DNA from: Naegleria gruberi
Taxonomy: Eukaryota
Assembly: GCA_000004985.1 (NCBI GenBank)
Contig: GG738863.1
DNA: 64,000 bases
Strand: one strand, 5' to 3'
Positions 34,045-46,467 of this stretch are shown in pieces (position 1 is the stretch's first letter; the number at the start of each line of letters is the position of its first letter). Both the position numbers and the translations under genes were made by a program. The notes under the pieces were generated by a model. The model was given only the letters and a program-made list of their open reading frames with translations. It had not been told where the DNA came from and searched no databases.

Positions 34045-35720
34045 TTATTGGACAATATTGTTATTCACTATGGTTTTCAATTCCTTTTCCTTTGAAGTTA
34101 CATCTTTCAAAATGTTGGAAAGTTTCAATTTGAGATCTGTTATCTCCACAAGATCATTCATTGATTTGATTTCTTCTTCTGAAAGTGAAAACTTTTCTGT
34201 TGAAATTTTTTCCTTTTCTTTAAGGTTGTCCTCAAGTTTATCCAACTTTCGTTTTTGTAAACGCACAAGCTTTTGAAGCATTCTATATTCGTTTTCTTCA
34301 CTAATAGTCATTGAGCTTTCAGATGTAATTGGTTGACTATTCTGTTTTCTTTTGATTGATTCCAGTAAGAAGAAAATTCCAGAAGGATTATCAATTCCCA
34401 AGTCAAGGAAGAGACATTTTAAACTTTGAACCGAGTCAGAACTATTGATTGTTGTAGGTTGTTGTGAATTTTTCTTTGACACCTCCTCAAACTCTTTCAT
34501 CTTTTCTCTCAAAAAACTATCCACTGGATTGGTTACATTGTGACTATTCTCTATTGAAGTAATTATATTTTCAATTCCAAGATTTTTGAATGTGGATAAC
34601 ATTCTTCCTCTTACGAATCCATCCTGTGGACATGAAACCATTGAACTGATGAGAGAAAAGACTTTTGCTCTATAGAGATCATCTCTTTGCCAGGCCATTG
34701 AATCTAACATTTCATCGAATGGATGTTTCAAAGTTTTTGTATGTTTCGTTTTAAATGTTTCAAAAAATCCAGTTAAAACAATCCAAAAACCCTCCTCAGA
34801 ATGATTACAAATGAGGAATAGAATATCTAGAATGTACTTTCGGGTTACTAAACTTTCCTTCTTATCTATCAGCTTTGTGAGTGAGGAAATAAAGGCAACA
34901 GAGTCAGCATTTGTGAATGGAGCAAAGACTTCCTTCTCCAACAATATCAGTAAACAGTAAATGTAATTTCCCTGTATGAATTTGTGTTTTTGTGTTCTGT
35001 AAACATAATTCAGTTTTGCAATGATTTTACCAATAAGTGTGACGCCTCCCATGTTTGAAAAATCTTGGCACCAAGTCAAATCTTTAAATTTAAATATCGA
35101 CGCAAGTGTAGAAATATATTCTGGGTCATTCTTATTGAGTTCTGTAGTGAGTCGTGAGAGAACAAATCCAACACTCACTTGCTTTAATTCTTCAATAATT
35201 GAGCTGGTTTTGAAAAGTCTATTATCCCTATTACCAGATGAAGAAGAGGATGACTTCATTCTCTTATGAGTTGAAAGAAGTGGTCCTTCATAGGAGTGTC
35301 TTTCCAATAATTCTGAAATTTTGTAAAACGTGTCACAAATAGCATGAATATCTAAGTTATTTACAAGTGTCGAGACATTCCACTCGGGGTCAATATTAAA
35401 CAATTCTCTACATTTATCTAGGAAGAATTGAATATTATTTTCAATGAGAGTTGAATTTCCCTGTGGTTCCAATGAAATGGAAGCCAAATGGTCTCTTGGA
35501 TTAATGTTTGCAATATTACAAATTAATCTATTATAAAAATTATTAGAATAATGAATTTTCTAATAAAAACAACCTACTTGACAAGAACAACTCCATCCTT
35601 GAGTAATAAATGTAAATCATCCGAATCAGATTTGCTCTTCTTATCGGGCACTAATTGACCAAGCCAGTCTTTAATCATAAGACGTTGCAACTTGGTAAAG
35701 TGTTGATGGCATTCAGTCAT
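34045..35720 (-). CDS. armadillo-type protein resembling a formin GBD/FH3 region plus a coiled coil; no FH1/FH2 present
   Basis: The 480-aa ORF 34045..35487 has a non-ATG ORF-track start. An upstream ATG exon near 35576-35720 (MTECHQHFTKLQRLMIKDWLGQLVPDKK...) joins only if an approximately 18-nt GTAGGT..TTAG segment is removed. The coiled-coil C-terminus ends with TAA. Confidence 0.35.
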
Positions 35721-36087
35721 CTTGCAATGGGTTACTGTGTGGTCTTTTTGTTTTTAAATTGTGAAGAGGCCAACCGCATAAGAATGGTGATTGATGATAA
35801 AATTTTCCCAAATAAAACTATTGAAAATTCTGCATTTCTCAATTATCATTCTCAAATAGGAGTGTTTAATTTACACCTCTCCAATGTATTTGTTGATTAC
35901 AATCACTTGTATGGAGACTATTAAATTGTCTAAATTAATACTAGCCTCATCTTTCATTTGACCTCAGCATTTACATTTTTATCTGATAGCAAACCAAATG
36001 TTATAATGAGTTCAACCTTAAATTAATAGTTTGATTTTGAGGGTGCGTGTACAATTAAACGCCAAATGGATTTTTTAAACTACAACA

Positions 36088-36100
36088 TTGGCGCCAAAAA
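36088..36100. promoter_or_regulatory. palindromic E2F-like site TTGGCGCCAAAAA about 155 nt upstream of ARL3. Two further copies: ACGCCAAA at 36058-36070 and TTGGCGCC at 36155-36162.
   Basis: TTGGCGCCAA is the classical palindromic E2F/DP core. The three copies lie within 110 nt. Confidence 0.3.
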
Positions 36101-36255
36101 TGTAACAGTCCAATACAAAGAAGACTGTGTTGAAGCTTCTAATGGAATTATTTGTTGGCGCCTTGTTGCCTTTACTGACAAAAAACACTTACGAAAAAAT
36201 AACTCTACAACAACACTGATTGTACTAGTGATATACAACAATAATATACAACAAA

Positions 36256-36813
36256 ATGGGTTTGCTTGATTTTATTAGAGGTCTCAGAAAGTCTGATAAG
36301 GAAGCTCGTATTCTTATTCTCGGTCTTGATAACAGTGGTAAGACTTGTTCCTTGAAGTGTCTTGCTGGTGAAAAGGAAGAAATTTCCACAGTTATGCCAA
36401 CCCAAGGCTTTAACATTAAATCTGTTCAAACCGGAAACGTTAAACTCAATGTCTGGGATATTGGAGGTCAAAAGGCTATTAGACCATACTGGCCAAATTA
36501 CTACAAGAATGCTGATGCCATCATTTACGTTGTGGACTCTACTGATAGAAACCGTTTTGAAGAAGCAGGTTTTGAACTTGATTGTTTGCTGAAAGATGAA
36601 AATCTTGATGGTATTCCATGTTTGGTTTTCGCTAACAAGCAAGATATTCCACTCATTGCTGCAAGTGCTGCTGAAATTGCTAAGGTTTTGAATTTGCACG
36701 CTATTAAGGGAAGAGATTGGCACATCCAAGCTTGTTCTGCTAAGACAGGACAAGGTCTCGATGAAGGTATCCAATGGGTTCTCGGAAAGCTCGATCTTGT
36801 TGATTCTAAATAA
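36256..36813 (+). CDS. ARL3: ADP-ribosylation factor-like GTPase ARL3
   Basis: Single-exon 185 aa: [12 protein letters not shown]...[12 protein letters not shown]...[12 protein letters not shown]...[10 protein letters not shown]...IRPYW...FANKQD...LNLH. These residues are diagnostic of ARL3 rather than ARL2. Stop is TAA. Confidence 0.85.
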   Translation: MGLLDFIRGLRKSDKEARILILGLDNSGKTCSLKCLAGEKEEISTVMPTQGFNIKSVQTGNVKLNVWDIGGQKAIRPYWPNYYKNADAIIYVVDSTDRNRFEEAGFELDCLLKDENLDGIPCLVFANKQDIPLIAASAAEIAKVLNLHAIKGRDWHIQACSAKTGQGLDEGIQWVLGKLDLVDSK

Positions 36814-37196
36814 TTTGTATACTATCAAAATAAAAACATTAATTCAAAACAATACAACTCTAGGATTTAAATATCATAGAAAATAATATTAATAAATTAG
36901 AAATATTATTTAAAAAGAGAAAGTAGGGAATATCAATTCTAAATTATTATTCTCACTGCCAAACTGTTCTTGCGCACTTCATCTCTTCATAACAAACGAG
37001 AGGCATTATCCAGGTTTGACGACAATTTCCTACCCTGTCAAAAATCATCACACGCCAATTACCCAATTTGTTCCTGTGATCCCATGCTCAGTAGATCCTC
37101 TTTGAAACAATTCATAATTCGAAAAAACAAGAATACACAACCCATTGACTTGTTTCTCATTCGATTGGCGTCATCGTACAAACAACAACTTCATCA

Positions 37197-37832
37197 ATGG
37201 GACAGAATAGTGCTTGTGAGCAAGATAGAGACTTTGCACAAGGTCAAATTTTTACACGTTTCGACAAGTATCACCAGAGAGAACAAGAACAGAAACGAGC
37301 TTTTGGTCAGCTTCGTCAGGTTTCTTCCACCAATGGTCTAGAATCAGCCAGTGCTCTCTCCAAGAAACAGAGAAAGAGCATTCACGGAACAAGATCCATC
37401 TCTAATCCTTCCTCTCCAGGTGGATCACAATCATATTCGAGTAGTTTTGGTTCTTCAACAGAGTACCAACATCATCATCCTGTAAATATCAGCATCACAC
37501 ATACAAATAATAATAATTTAGGAGAAGTATTTAATTCTCTGCCAAACATTGTTGGAGGAGGTGATTCACCTAATTCACTCTCTCCAGCAACTCCACAATC
37601 AGCATCAACTGCATCATCGAGGAGAAGAGGACACTCCTCAGCATCACCACAATCTAACTATTTTGTAAATAATAATCAAACTCAATTAATGATTAATCAG
37701 GACGTTATTGAAGTAAAGAAGAGAAATGATCAGGATTCTGATGATGAGGAAGAGGATCCAGCTATTCAGAGAAGATCAAGAAGAAAATCATTATCACTTT
37801 TTAAGAATGCTAAAAAAGTTGACATGTTTTAA
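37197..37832 (+). CDS. hypothetical S-rich protein with an MGQNSA (N-myristoylation-like) start
   Basis: 211-aa ORF. Stop is TAA. Confidence 0.4.
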   Translation: MGQNSACEQDRDFAQGQIFTRFDKYHQREQEQKRAFGQLRQVSSTNGLESASALSKKQRKSIHGTRSISNPSSPGGSQSYSSSFGSSTEYQHHHPVNISITHTNNNNLGEVFNSLPNIVGGGDSPNSLSPATPQSASTASSRRRGHSSASPQSNYFVNNNQTQLMINQDVIEVKKRNDQDSDDEEEDPAIQRRSRRKSLSLFKNAKKVDMF

Positions 37833-37917
37833 TGTACATAAAATTACAATTTCCATTTAAAGAATAATTCTTTATTAAATTGTGAATAATTTGAGGAATA
37901 TTTAATATGAAAAAAAC

Positions 37918-38493
37918 ATGCTAAGATCAAACGATATTCGAAAATTAATTTCAAAACCCTCATTGAAAACTTCTCCATTTGTTGTGAGAGCAATTCTTTC
38001 AACTAATTCTGTTAGAAACCTTCAAACTAAGCTTCCTGTTCATACTGGCTTCTTTGATGATGTTGCTGGAACTTATAAAACATTGCAAAATCCTCCAAAC
38101 TTTGCAAAACAATTCAAATTAAGTATGAAACCATTCGAATTCAGACAAGGACAACCTTTCTGGTAAGTTTTTAAAAAACAACACTAATTATCAACACTCT
38201 TAAAAGGTTCTTTAACTTTGCAGGTGTTCTAATCACATCCTTCTCTATTGCCTTTGGTTTCATGTATTTAATGTACTTTATTGTTTGGTACTTTTATTCT
38301 AATCCTTTCGTTCAATCTCCATTCAATTTGTATAATCCTCATCCATTCTTGGAGATTAGAAATGGAAAAGATGCAGCCAAAACCTATGATCCATTGAGTA
38401 AATTCTATGTTTACTGGAGTCCAGCAAGAGGTGAAGATAAAAAGACCATGTTTTACAGAGAATTAAATTTGGCCAAGGATCATAGACTTTAAA
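37918..38493 (+). CDS. small two-exon protein with a presequence-like N-terminus and one TM helix (possible mitochondrial inner-membrane subunit)
   Basis: Structure is join(37918..38162, 38207..38493), joined in frame by a 44-nt GTAAGT...AAAAG intron. The N-terminus MLRSNDIRKLISKPSLKTSPFVVRAIL is amphipathic and basic. Stop is TAA. Confidence 0.4.
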
Positions 38494-38599
38494 TTATTAA
38501 AGAATTTATGATGATTACACAATTTCAGTCCAAAGTATTTGGGAATCAAGTTAGTTAGAGGTCGAGAAAAATTACATTGTAAACAAATTCAATAAAAAC

Positions 38600-41500
38600 A
38601 AGATTAAAAAAATTTTATTTCAGTGTAGCTGATCCCAATAGGATCATGAGGTATTATCTTGAATTAAGAGAACATGAGTAATATTTTCTGTGTGCTTTAC
38701 CAACAAGTAGTGATAATAGACTTTGAATTTCATGCCAATTATCAATGATTTTAGGATTATAGGATTTAACTAAAATAATATTTAAAGCCTTAATAAAGCC
38801 TCTATGATTTAAATTGAGAATTGAATTGTGTCTATCCCAAAAAGTGTCATGGGGACGAAGCTTACAGGATGCTCCTGTAAGATTCGTGAATTTAGTTAAG
38901 AAATATCTTCTAAAACATTCGGTTTCTTCACAGTAGTATATGAAATGTTCCAAATCCACTTCACATTCACAGTTATCACAATAAACTTGACGAAATTGTC
39001 TAATATGTGAGTCGGTCATGTTTCTCCAAATTGACAATTTGGTTTCAGTGTCAAATCTTTGATCCATATATTTCAAATTGATATTAGTGAGGGACTGACT
39101 TTGGTTAAAAGGTAAGTCAGATTTATCCTCAACAATATCTAAATATTCTTTTCTCTGGATATCTTTGATGTATTTTCTATAGTCAAAGATGATTGTTTTC
39201 TTATTAGTATTAATTAAAATCTTTTGGTTTTGGGATAATAGTTTGGTAATATCAATCATATTTTGTCCTTGTGCACCTTCTTTTGCTAATTTATCAACTA
39301 TAATATTCTCTGGATCTTCATGCCCTTTCACTTTAACTAGATGGATATTTAAATGTTTATCCTTAATGGTACCAAAGAATTCTTCTTGAAATCCTTGAAA
39401 GTCTCCTCTGTAACTCTTTTTTAAAACTTCAATAGCAACTTGACTATCAGTATGTACATTAGCATTGGAATGATTTGGCAGCATTTTGATTGCTGTTAAT
39501 ATAGCCATGATTTCAGCCACGTTATTGGAATATTCTTCATGAATCTTGAAGGAATATTTGAAACTTCTATTTTCTGAATTATATATATTAATTCCAAATC
39601 CCACTTGGTTTTCAATTTTTGATCCATCTGTGTGAATATTAAATGAATGACCCTCCATTTGATCCAAATTAATATCATTGTCAATATCATTACATTCCTT
39701 CAATTCGATATTATATCGTTTCATAGTTTGTAGAATACTATCAAAGATATTGCTAATTCTCTTCTTTTTACCAGCATGTTTGATCCCATCTTTAATTGCC
39801 TCTCTTACTAGAGGGTTTCTACTATTTGTTAAATATAAAATAGAGTTAATATTAATTCTTTGAATGAAATCATTACAGTTAGGAATACCCAATCCTCCAT
39901 ATTCAATAGGTAAATGGAACCAATGAGTGTGACTTCTTAAATCTAAATGAGCTCTTCTTCTAATACATTTCCTAATAGCAGTATCTATTTTATCACCTAA
40001 AGCTGCTGGTATGATATTACATCTAGATAAATGTGTGAATAAACTGATACATTTAGCATGTATCACTTTTCCAATATTTGGAATTTCCATTCTCATAATA
40101 GGCATATATTTCAGTGATAGTTGAAATTTAGCAATCTTATTCATAATGTCTTCTTTTACCATTTTATCATCCCATGGATAGTGACCAAGAACTCGTACAT
40201 TTTCTTCAAGTGGTATTTTGGTATCATTAATTTTTGGTTTCATTTTCTTAATTTTCTTAGTAGGGTTCGGTTTCTGTGTTGCAACTGATTTGGATGGATT
40301 GATCTTTAGTGATAATTTCCCAAGCCATCTATTTAGGTCTTTTAATCTTGAATTATAATTGCAATTTTTAGTCGCTGTTAAATTTAGGTCATCAGCAAAA
40401 CATAGAATTCCAATATCATCTGCTTTGAGTTTTTTAGGTTTTACGGGAATATCCCACTTGTCTATACATTTATCAATAATTAATTGAGTAATACAATCGT
40501 AAACCAGGGGAGCTAATGGACAACCTTGTGGGATGCCCCTGGTTTTGTGAATGGGTCTAGATAATGAGTTTCCTATCTCTAAGCTTAATAAATGGTCTTT
40601 GTACGAGTTGAGGATAAATTCAATTAATTCATTAGGGAATTTACAATGATGTAGAGCTAATTCAATTACCTTCAGTTCAACAGAATCATAAGCACCTTCT
40701 ATATCCAAGTTTACAATTAATAGAGGGTCTTTTTCTCTATTGGCTTTATGTGCTAAAGCTGATAATACTATTCCATGATTCATTGTACTTCTGTGTGAGA
40801 TAAATGCTTGTTGTCTAATATTTATGTTCCTACTAGCCCATCTTCTTAATTTAAAAGCAATAACATTGAATAATAATCGGTAATAAATTGGTAAGATGGT
40901 TATTGGGCGAATATCATTCAATTTCTTAACTTCTCGCTTAGGTACTAATTTTACCCACCCTTGTTTCCATTCTAAGGGAATATTTCTTGTTTGGAGACAT
41001 TCATTAAATTTTTCTACTAACAGCTTTAAATTATCATCTGATAGTTTCTTAATAATATTAAATGATATAAAATCTAGTCCAGGTGTGTTAGATTTCATTC
41101 TTTGAATAGCTTTCTTAACAGAATTCATAGTTATTTTGATTTTTGATGGGCCCTTTGAAATAGTAGATGGGGCACAATTAAATTGAATTGAATCGGTTTT
41201 AGATTGGAACTTTTGCTCAAAGTAGTCAATCAATTCCTCTTCTTCAAAATCAACTTGTTTCCAGTTAATTGACTTCTCCTTAATATGTCTATCAAATTGA
41301 TATATTAATGATGAATCGTATCGATTAAATGATTCAGAAATCTTTCTCTTAATTTCCTCTGCACATCTATGATAAAGGTCTTTAATTTCAGATCTAACTC
41401 TTTCTATTTGGTCTGTATCATTGTTCTCTGAATTAATGAGATCATTCAATTCCTCTTCTTTCGACTTAATCTCTTGTCTTAATTCTGATTCATTAGTTTT

Positions 41501-43870
41501 AATTCGAATTCTATCATTCTTTCTTAAATTTTCAATAATAAAGGATTTAATTTTGTTATCTAATTCATTAAAGCTATCAGGAACTTCTCTGTTAATAGAT
41601 TCAATAAATTTTTGAATCTTTGTTGGACTAATATATGGTCTCCATGTATCATTAGTCTCTAATTCAATATCAATATAGAATGGTTGATGATCATTCTTAG
41701 TTATTGATGGTAAAATCTTCTTATTTCTAATAATAATATTATTTGAAACGAATATATGATCAGGGTGAGTTTTAGTTGTACCATCTCTTGTTTTTCTAAT
41801 GTAGGTGTATTCATCAGGAGCTATAGATTCATAAAAATTGAAAGTATCAAAGAATTCACACCACATTCTATCTCTCATTGAAGTGGGATTAATGGTATTT
41901 ATATTCGGATCTCCCGATATAATGAAATATTCTCCTTGATGTGCACTTATATACTCTATCATGGTACTTAGTATTTTATCATCATATGATTCACTCTCCT
42001 CATCATTTCTAACACTTATATAGACTGTAAAGATATTAATTGGTTTTCCTCTTGTTTCAAACTTTGTTAATTGAAGTAATCCTGGAATAAGATTGGTATT
42101 ACATAACAATCTTTTCCTTCGGTTGTTAATAAAATGTAGCAATGCAGTGCCTTTACAAGCTTTTCTGGTTCCCATTAATGAATTAAAAAAGAAATGTCCT
42201 CTTCCTGATTCGAAAGCCCTTTGTTGATCTTCTAATTTGTTAATGTGAGTTTCGGTAATGCTTATAATTTGAATATTATGTTGGTGACAAATTCCCTTAA
42301 TAGCATGAGTTAGGATCTCTTTAGTTTCTGTTTTAATAAGACCATTCACATTAAAACATCCCACTCGGAAATTGCATTTTGGATTAATCATTGGCATGAT
42401 ATTTTAGTTGTGGTTCATCCTCATCATCTATATCATCATGCTTTCTTCTTACTTGAGGATTTGGAGCCATTCTAACATCTCTAATTTCTTCATCTTCTAC
42501 CATCTTCTCTAACATGTTATCAATATGATTTCCAATCAGTTCTAATTCTTGGTTATCAATAATATTATTTGGTTGGTTTTGTAACCATATTGGAATTTTA
42601 TCCATTAAATTTTTGAATTCTTTTTCTGTGTTTTTAACAACTACATTAATTTCATTGAATTGTTCTTGTAATTTAGTATAATTCATTTCCAATAAATCAA
42701 GTCTTTCCATAATTCTATCTAATTTGCTGTCATTATTAATTGAGGTACTATCAGGTTGTTTGTTCACTTTATATTTCTTTGTAAGATATTCAGCAGTGGA
42801 TACAAATTGAATAAAGTGCATGATACCAATAGGATCTCTCTTTGGAAAAACCACTTTAGTAAATCTATAAACTTCATCGTCAGATTGTAATCTAATATTA
42901 ATAATATAATTATTATTTAATAGTTTACTAATTTTAATATTTTCTTTTTTAATAGTAATATTAGATCTTTGTTCAATTGTTTTAATTGATTCAGACACTT
43001 GTTCCTCTGTGAAGTTCTTACTCATAACAATAGATACATCTAAGGAGCTTTCATTAATAATTTCTTCAATTTTACGATAGGTTTCAAACTTATTTTGAAT
43101 TAAATAATTAATTTTAGTGTTTGTTAGGAGAGAAACTCTCAACTTGTATTGTGAAATAGATTTGTTTGAGTCATAGTTTAAACTAACATTAATTTGATCA
43201 ATATCAATATCATTAGAATTAATAATTAATCTATATTTTTCCATAAATTCTTTTTGATTCTTGGTATAGTATTTTACAGCATGTTCAGTAGCATTAAAAT
43301 TCATAGGGGAAGCAAAGTATTTAGCAGGTGCTTCCTTAATAACTTCTTGATTAGTAAGTATTTTCATAGCTTTGATAAAGTTATCTCTATTATTAATAGC
43401 TAATTGAAATATAAATTCTTATTTACAGGGATGTAATAATAATCACATAGATGTTTACCTTACTGAGGAAAAATTCAGCAATAGTCTCAGTAATGTTGGT
43501 TTGACAATAGATAGAAATGCTAGTGCTATAATCAATAGTCTTTTGTCTCTTGTGTGACATTTTAAGATTTTCTTTTTGTTTAAGATTTCCATTCCGTTTG
43601 TTTTCGTTTAAATTAGATTCGGAAATATTTTTAGCAACCACCTTAATTTTCGGAATTTTCTCTTCACTTGCTGGAGCTTTGGCAACTTCCACATAGGTAG
43701 GTTTAATTACTTCCGAGTTATTTTTAGTCTCATTGGGGGGCTTTATCATCGGAAGCATGTTTTCAATAATAGACTTATACGTATTGATCATTACAGTCTG
43801 CCGCTTTATTAGGTCGACAAGCGAAACAGGTTGGAGGTGTAGACTCATTTTTTTTGAACTCAACAAGATT
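38600..43870 (-). mobile_element. apparently intact non-LTR (LINE) retrotransposon: ORF0 43423-43866, ORF1 42384-43367, ORF2 38654-42397 (APE endonuclease, RT, RNase H, C-terminal Cys motif)
   Basis: The 1247-aa ORF2 contains an N-terminal exo/endo-phosphatase-type endonuclease, RT motifs including FADD, RNase H (HTDGS...VAEI...), and a C-x2-C...C-terminal motif. ORF1 overlaps the ORF2 start by 14 nt. The element is more AT-rich than neighbouring host genes. The ends are approximate. Confidence 0.85.
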
Positions 43871-43874
43871 AAAA

Positions 43875-44983
43875 AAATGCCTCCACCAAGCCCTCCACCC
43901 TCTCAACCCATCAATATTTATTCATCATCCTCATCTAATACACCTACTACTCATGGATTATCGACAACAATTCAAATATCAAAATCGTATTCACCTCCGA
44001 GATATTTTATGAATAGAGTGATCAGTCCTACAACACCCAATATAAATAATAATAATACTTCGGGAAGTGGATTAACGTTCAATCCTTCATTTATGAATCC
44101 TCCGATAATTGATGAAAATCAAAATGAATTTTTGGAATTAATTGAAGCTGAAACCTATGTTGATATTGAAAGATTAAGAGATATGTCTAGACATGGCATT
44201 CCTGATGATTTGAGAGCTTCAGTGTGGAAATATCTTCTTGGTGTTAACCCAGGTGACAAGGCAGAACAAATGAAAAGAGAACATATTTATTTTCAATCTG
44301 TGAAACAACAACAATTACAAAATAATTCTTCATTGGGATTATTCTACTACTCAAAGAGACAAAATATTATTTTATCAGTGGTGCAACAATCACTAAATCA
44401 GTCAAAAATCAAACACTACACCATTGAAGAGTTATTATATCTTTTGAGGCCTTTTGAATCTGTTTATATGAGCGACCCAATACAACCAAATGATGGAAAG
44501 GATTTGGAAAAGAATATTCACGATATGTATAGATGTTTTGAAGTTTTCCTTCAGAAGAATTATTTCAAAGAAAGTCTTTCCTATCAAGTTGCCAAATTGA
44601 TTACTCTTTTCAAATGTACACAACCAGACTTGTATCAATATTTTGTCAATGAAGAAGTAGAACCAAATGAATGGTGCCTTCCATGGATAAAATACTTGTT
44701 ATCGAAACAATTACCTTTGGATTGTGTTAGAAGACTTTGGGATACCTATTTTTCCACAAACGATTTTGATTTACATATTTACGTTTGTCTGGCAATATTA
44801 CAATACTACAATGAAACTCTTATGGAATTGGAATATAGTGAAATCAAATACTTTTTGAATAACATTTATACTATTGATAAGTCGACAGAAGATGGAGAAA
44901 ATAGTTTGATAAGAATTATTCCACACATTCTTAAACAAGCATATAATTTTAGAGCTTATGTGAAATCAAGGCAGTTAATTTAA
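43875..44983 (+). CDS. TBC (Rab-GAP-like) domain protein, possibly non-catalytic (TBC1D7-like)
   Basis: The ATG at 43875 (aaaaaATGc) sits immediately beside the LINE 5' end. A P/S-rich N-terminus is followed by the TBC motif IPDDLRASVWKYLLG. Clear IxxDxxR / YxQ catalytic fingers are not evident. Stop is TAA. Confidence 0.55.
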
Positions 44984-45227
44984 TTGTACAATATTTACTG
45001 GTTGTCTTTGAGTGTCACTTCAAATGGTATAGCAAGTTAACGAGAATGAATCTGAGAGTAGTATTCAATTTTTAGTTGAATCCAAGAGTATTACTGAAAT
45101 TAATCCTCGTCTGTTCCCAGAGAAATTGTATCATTTTCATTAAACAAGTTCTTCTTAATGTCTTCCAAAATGTTGTCGTCAGACCATGAGAATTCTATTA
45201 TTTTGTTTTTGAGATTCTATTATTGAC

Positions 45228-46256
45228 TTACAACCTACCTTTACAAAACTTCTCCATCTCTCTCAGTTTATACTGATGTATTTGTGTTTCTTTTTTCAAA
45301 CCAAAAACTAGCTTGTCTATCAAGGCCTCTCTTCTATCCAGCTCTTTCCTATATTCAATCAATTCCTTTAAACGGTCTAATTTGGAGAGTTCTATTTCAT
45401 CCTTTGATAAGGAGTTGTCAAGTTCTTTGTGAGGAGTAATTGTGATTGTTTTTTCTGGGATTAAGTTTACTTGTCTTTCTGGCTCATCAAAATTGAAAGA
45501 GTTGTATGAATTATCAATGTGTTTGGAGAATGAGTTACTACCTCTTAAATCAATACCAGCTCCATAAATTTGTTCATCAAGACTTGCAATTTCTTGTTCC
45601 AACTCCTTTTCCAAATCAGCATCATCTTCATCGAAATCTGAGGATGATCCATTGTGAGAATTATCCAAGGGTTCCATATGCTCATACTCATCCTCTTCAC
45701 CATCGGAAATGTTAGAAATATTAGATAAATTTGTTGCTGGACTTTGAGCTGTCTGCTGCTTGGCATTATTTGGAAGCTTGTTTTTCAAAATTTCCAAGCT
45801 CTCTAAAAATTTTCTTGATCTTTCCCTATTATTTGGTTTTTGAGGACTGGAATTAGAGGAATTGTTGCTGGAGGTAGGAAGAGAAGGAGGTTGCTTTGTC
45901 GGAACTTGTGGTTTGTAAGTTGAATACAAATCATCCTCATCCAATTCATGTACCATTTGATTGTACATGTTTGATTTCATATTTGACATTTTCTTAAACC
46001 CACTCTGTAAAACCTCCAAAGACATTTTCTTTTTCTGCAACTCTTCCAAATTATTCTGTTTGTTTGTTTCCTTTATATTATGTCTGGTATGTTGATATTT
46101 TGATATAAATTTCTTCTTTGAATCACCTGATGAGCCGTTATTATTCCCTAAAGCCGTTGCTGCAGAGAGAATACTACCGATGGTAGTTCTTTGCTGTCCA
46201 CTAAGGTTCCCTCCCGACGAAGATAACGAGTAAGACGAAGATGTTCTTGAGGACAT
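45228..46256 (-). CDS. hypothetical S/N-rich protein with a C-terminal coiled coil
   Basis: 342-aa ORF with TAA stop. A possible extra 3' exon lies downstream of a GTAGGT donor near 45230. Confidence 0.45.
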   Translation of the reverse strand: MSSRTSSSYSLSSSGGNLSGQQRTTIGSILSAATALGNNNGSSGDSKKKFISKYQHTRHNIKETNKQNNLEELQKKKMSLEVLQSGFKKMSNMKSNMYNQMVHELDEDDLYSTYKPQVPTKQPPSLPTSSNNSSNSSPQKPNNRERSRKFLESLEILKNKLPNNAKQQTAQSPATNLSNISNISDGEEDEYEHMEPLDNSHNGSSSDFDEDDADLEKELEQEIASLDEQIYGAGIDLRGSNSFSKHIDNSYNSFNFDEPERQVNLIPEKTITITPHKELDNSLSKDEIELSKLDRLKELIEYRKELDRREALIDKLVFGLKKETQIHQYKLREMEKFCKGRL

Positions 46257-46467
46257 TTTTTAAATGTAAAAAATTGGCGGTAATTTATTTAACGTTAATT
46301 TCTATTTTGAAAATTTCAAAGCTTTTAGACCCAACCTATTCAATGGTGCTAAAGTGATGTCAAACCTTAATACAAAGAATAACAAATTATTTGAAATGCA
46401 AATAATAAACACTTCAATTCCACAATACAACCAAAGTACTTCAATTTCGTAATTTAAAAATAAAAAA

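Noticed and set aside
36205-36828. 207-aa minus-strand ORF antisense to ARL3. Similar antisense or overlapping ORFs include 6467-6775, 22017-22370, 55888-56427, 35655-35924 and 17603-17833.
   Set aside because: They overlap strongly supported genes on the other strand. Their composition is low-complexity and driven by the sense-strand codon bias. They have no starts in Kozak context.
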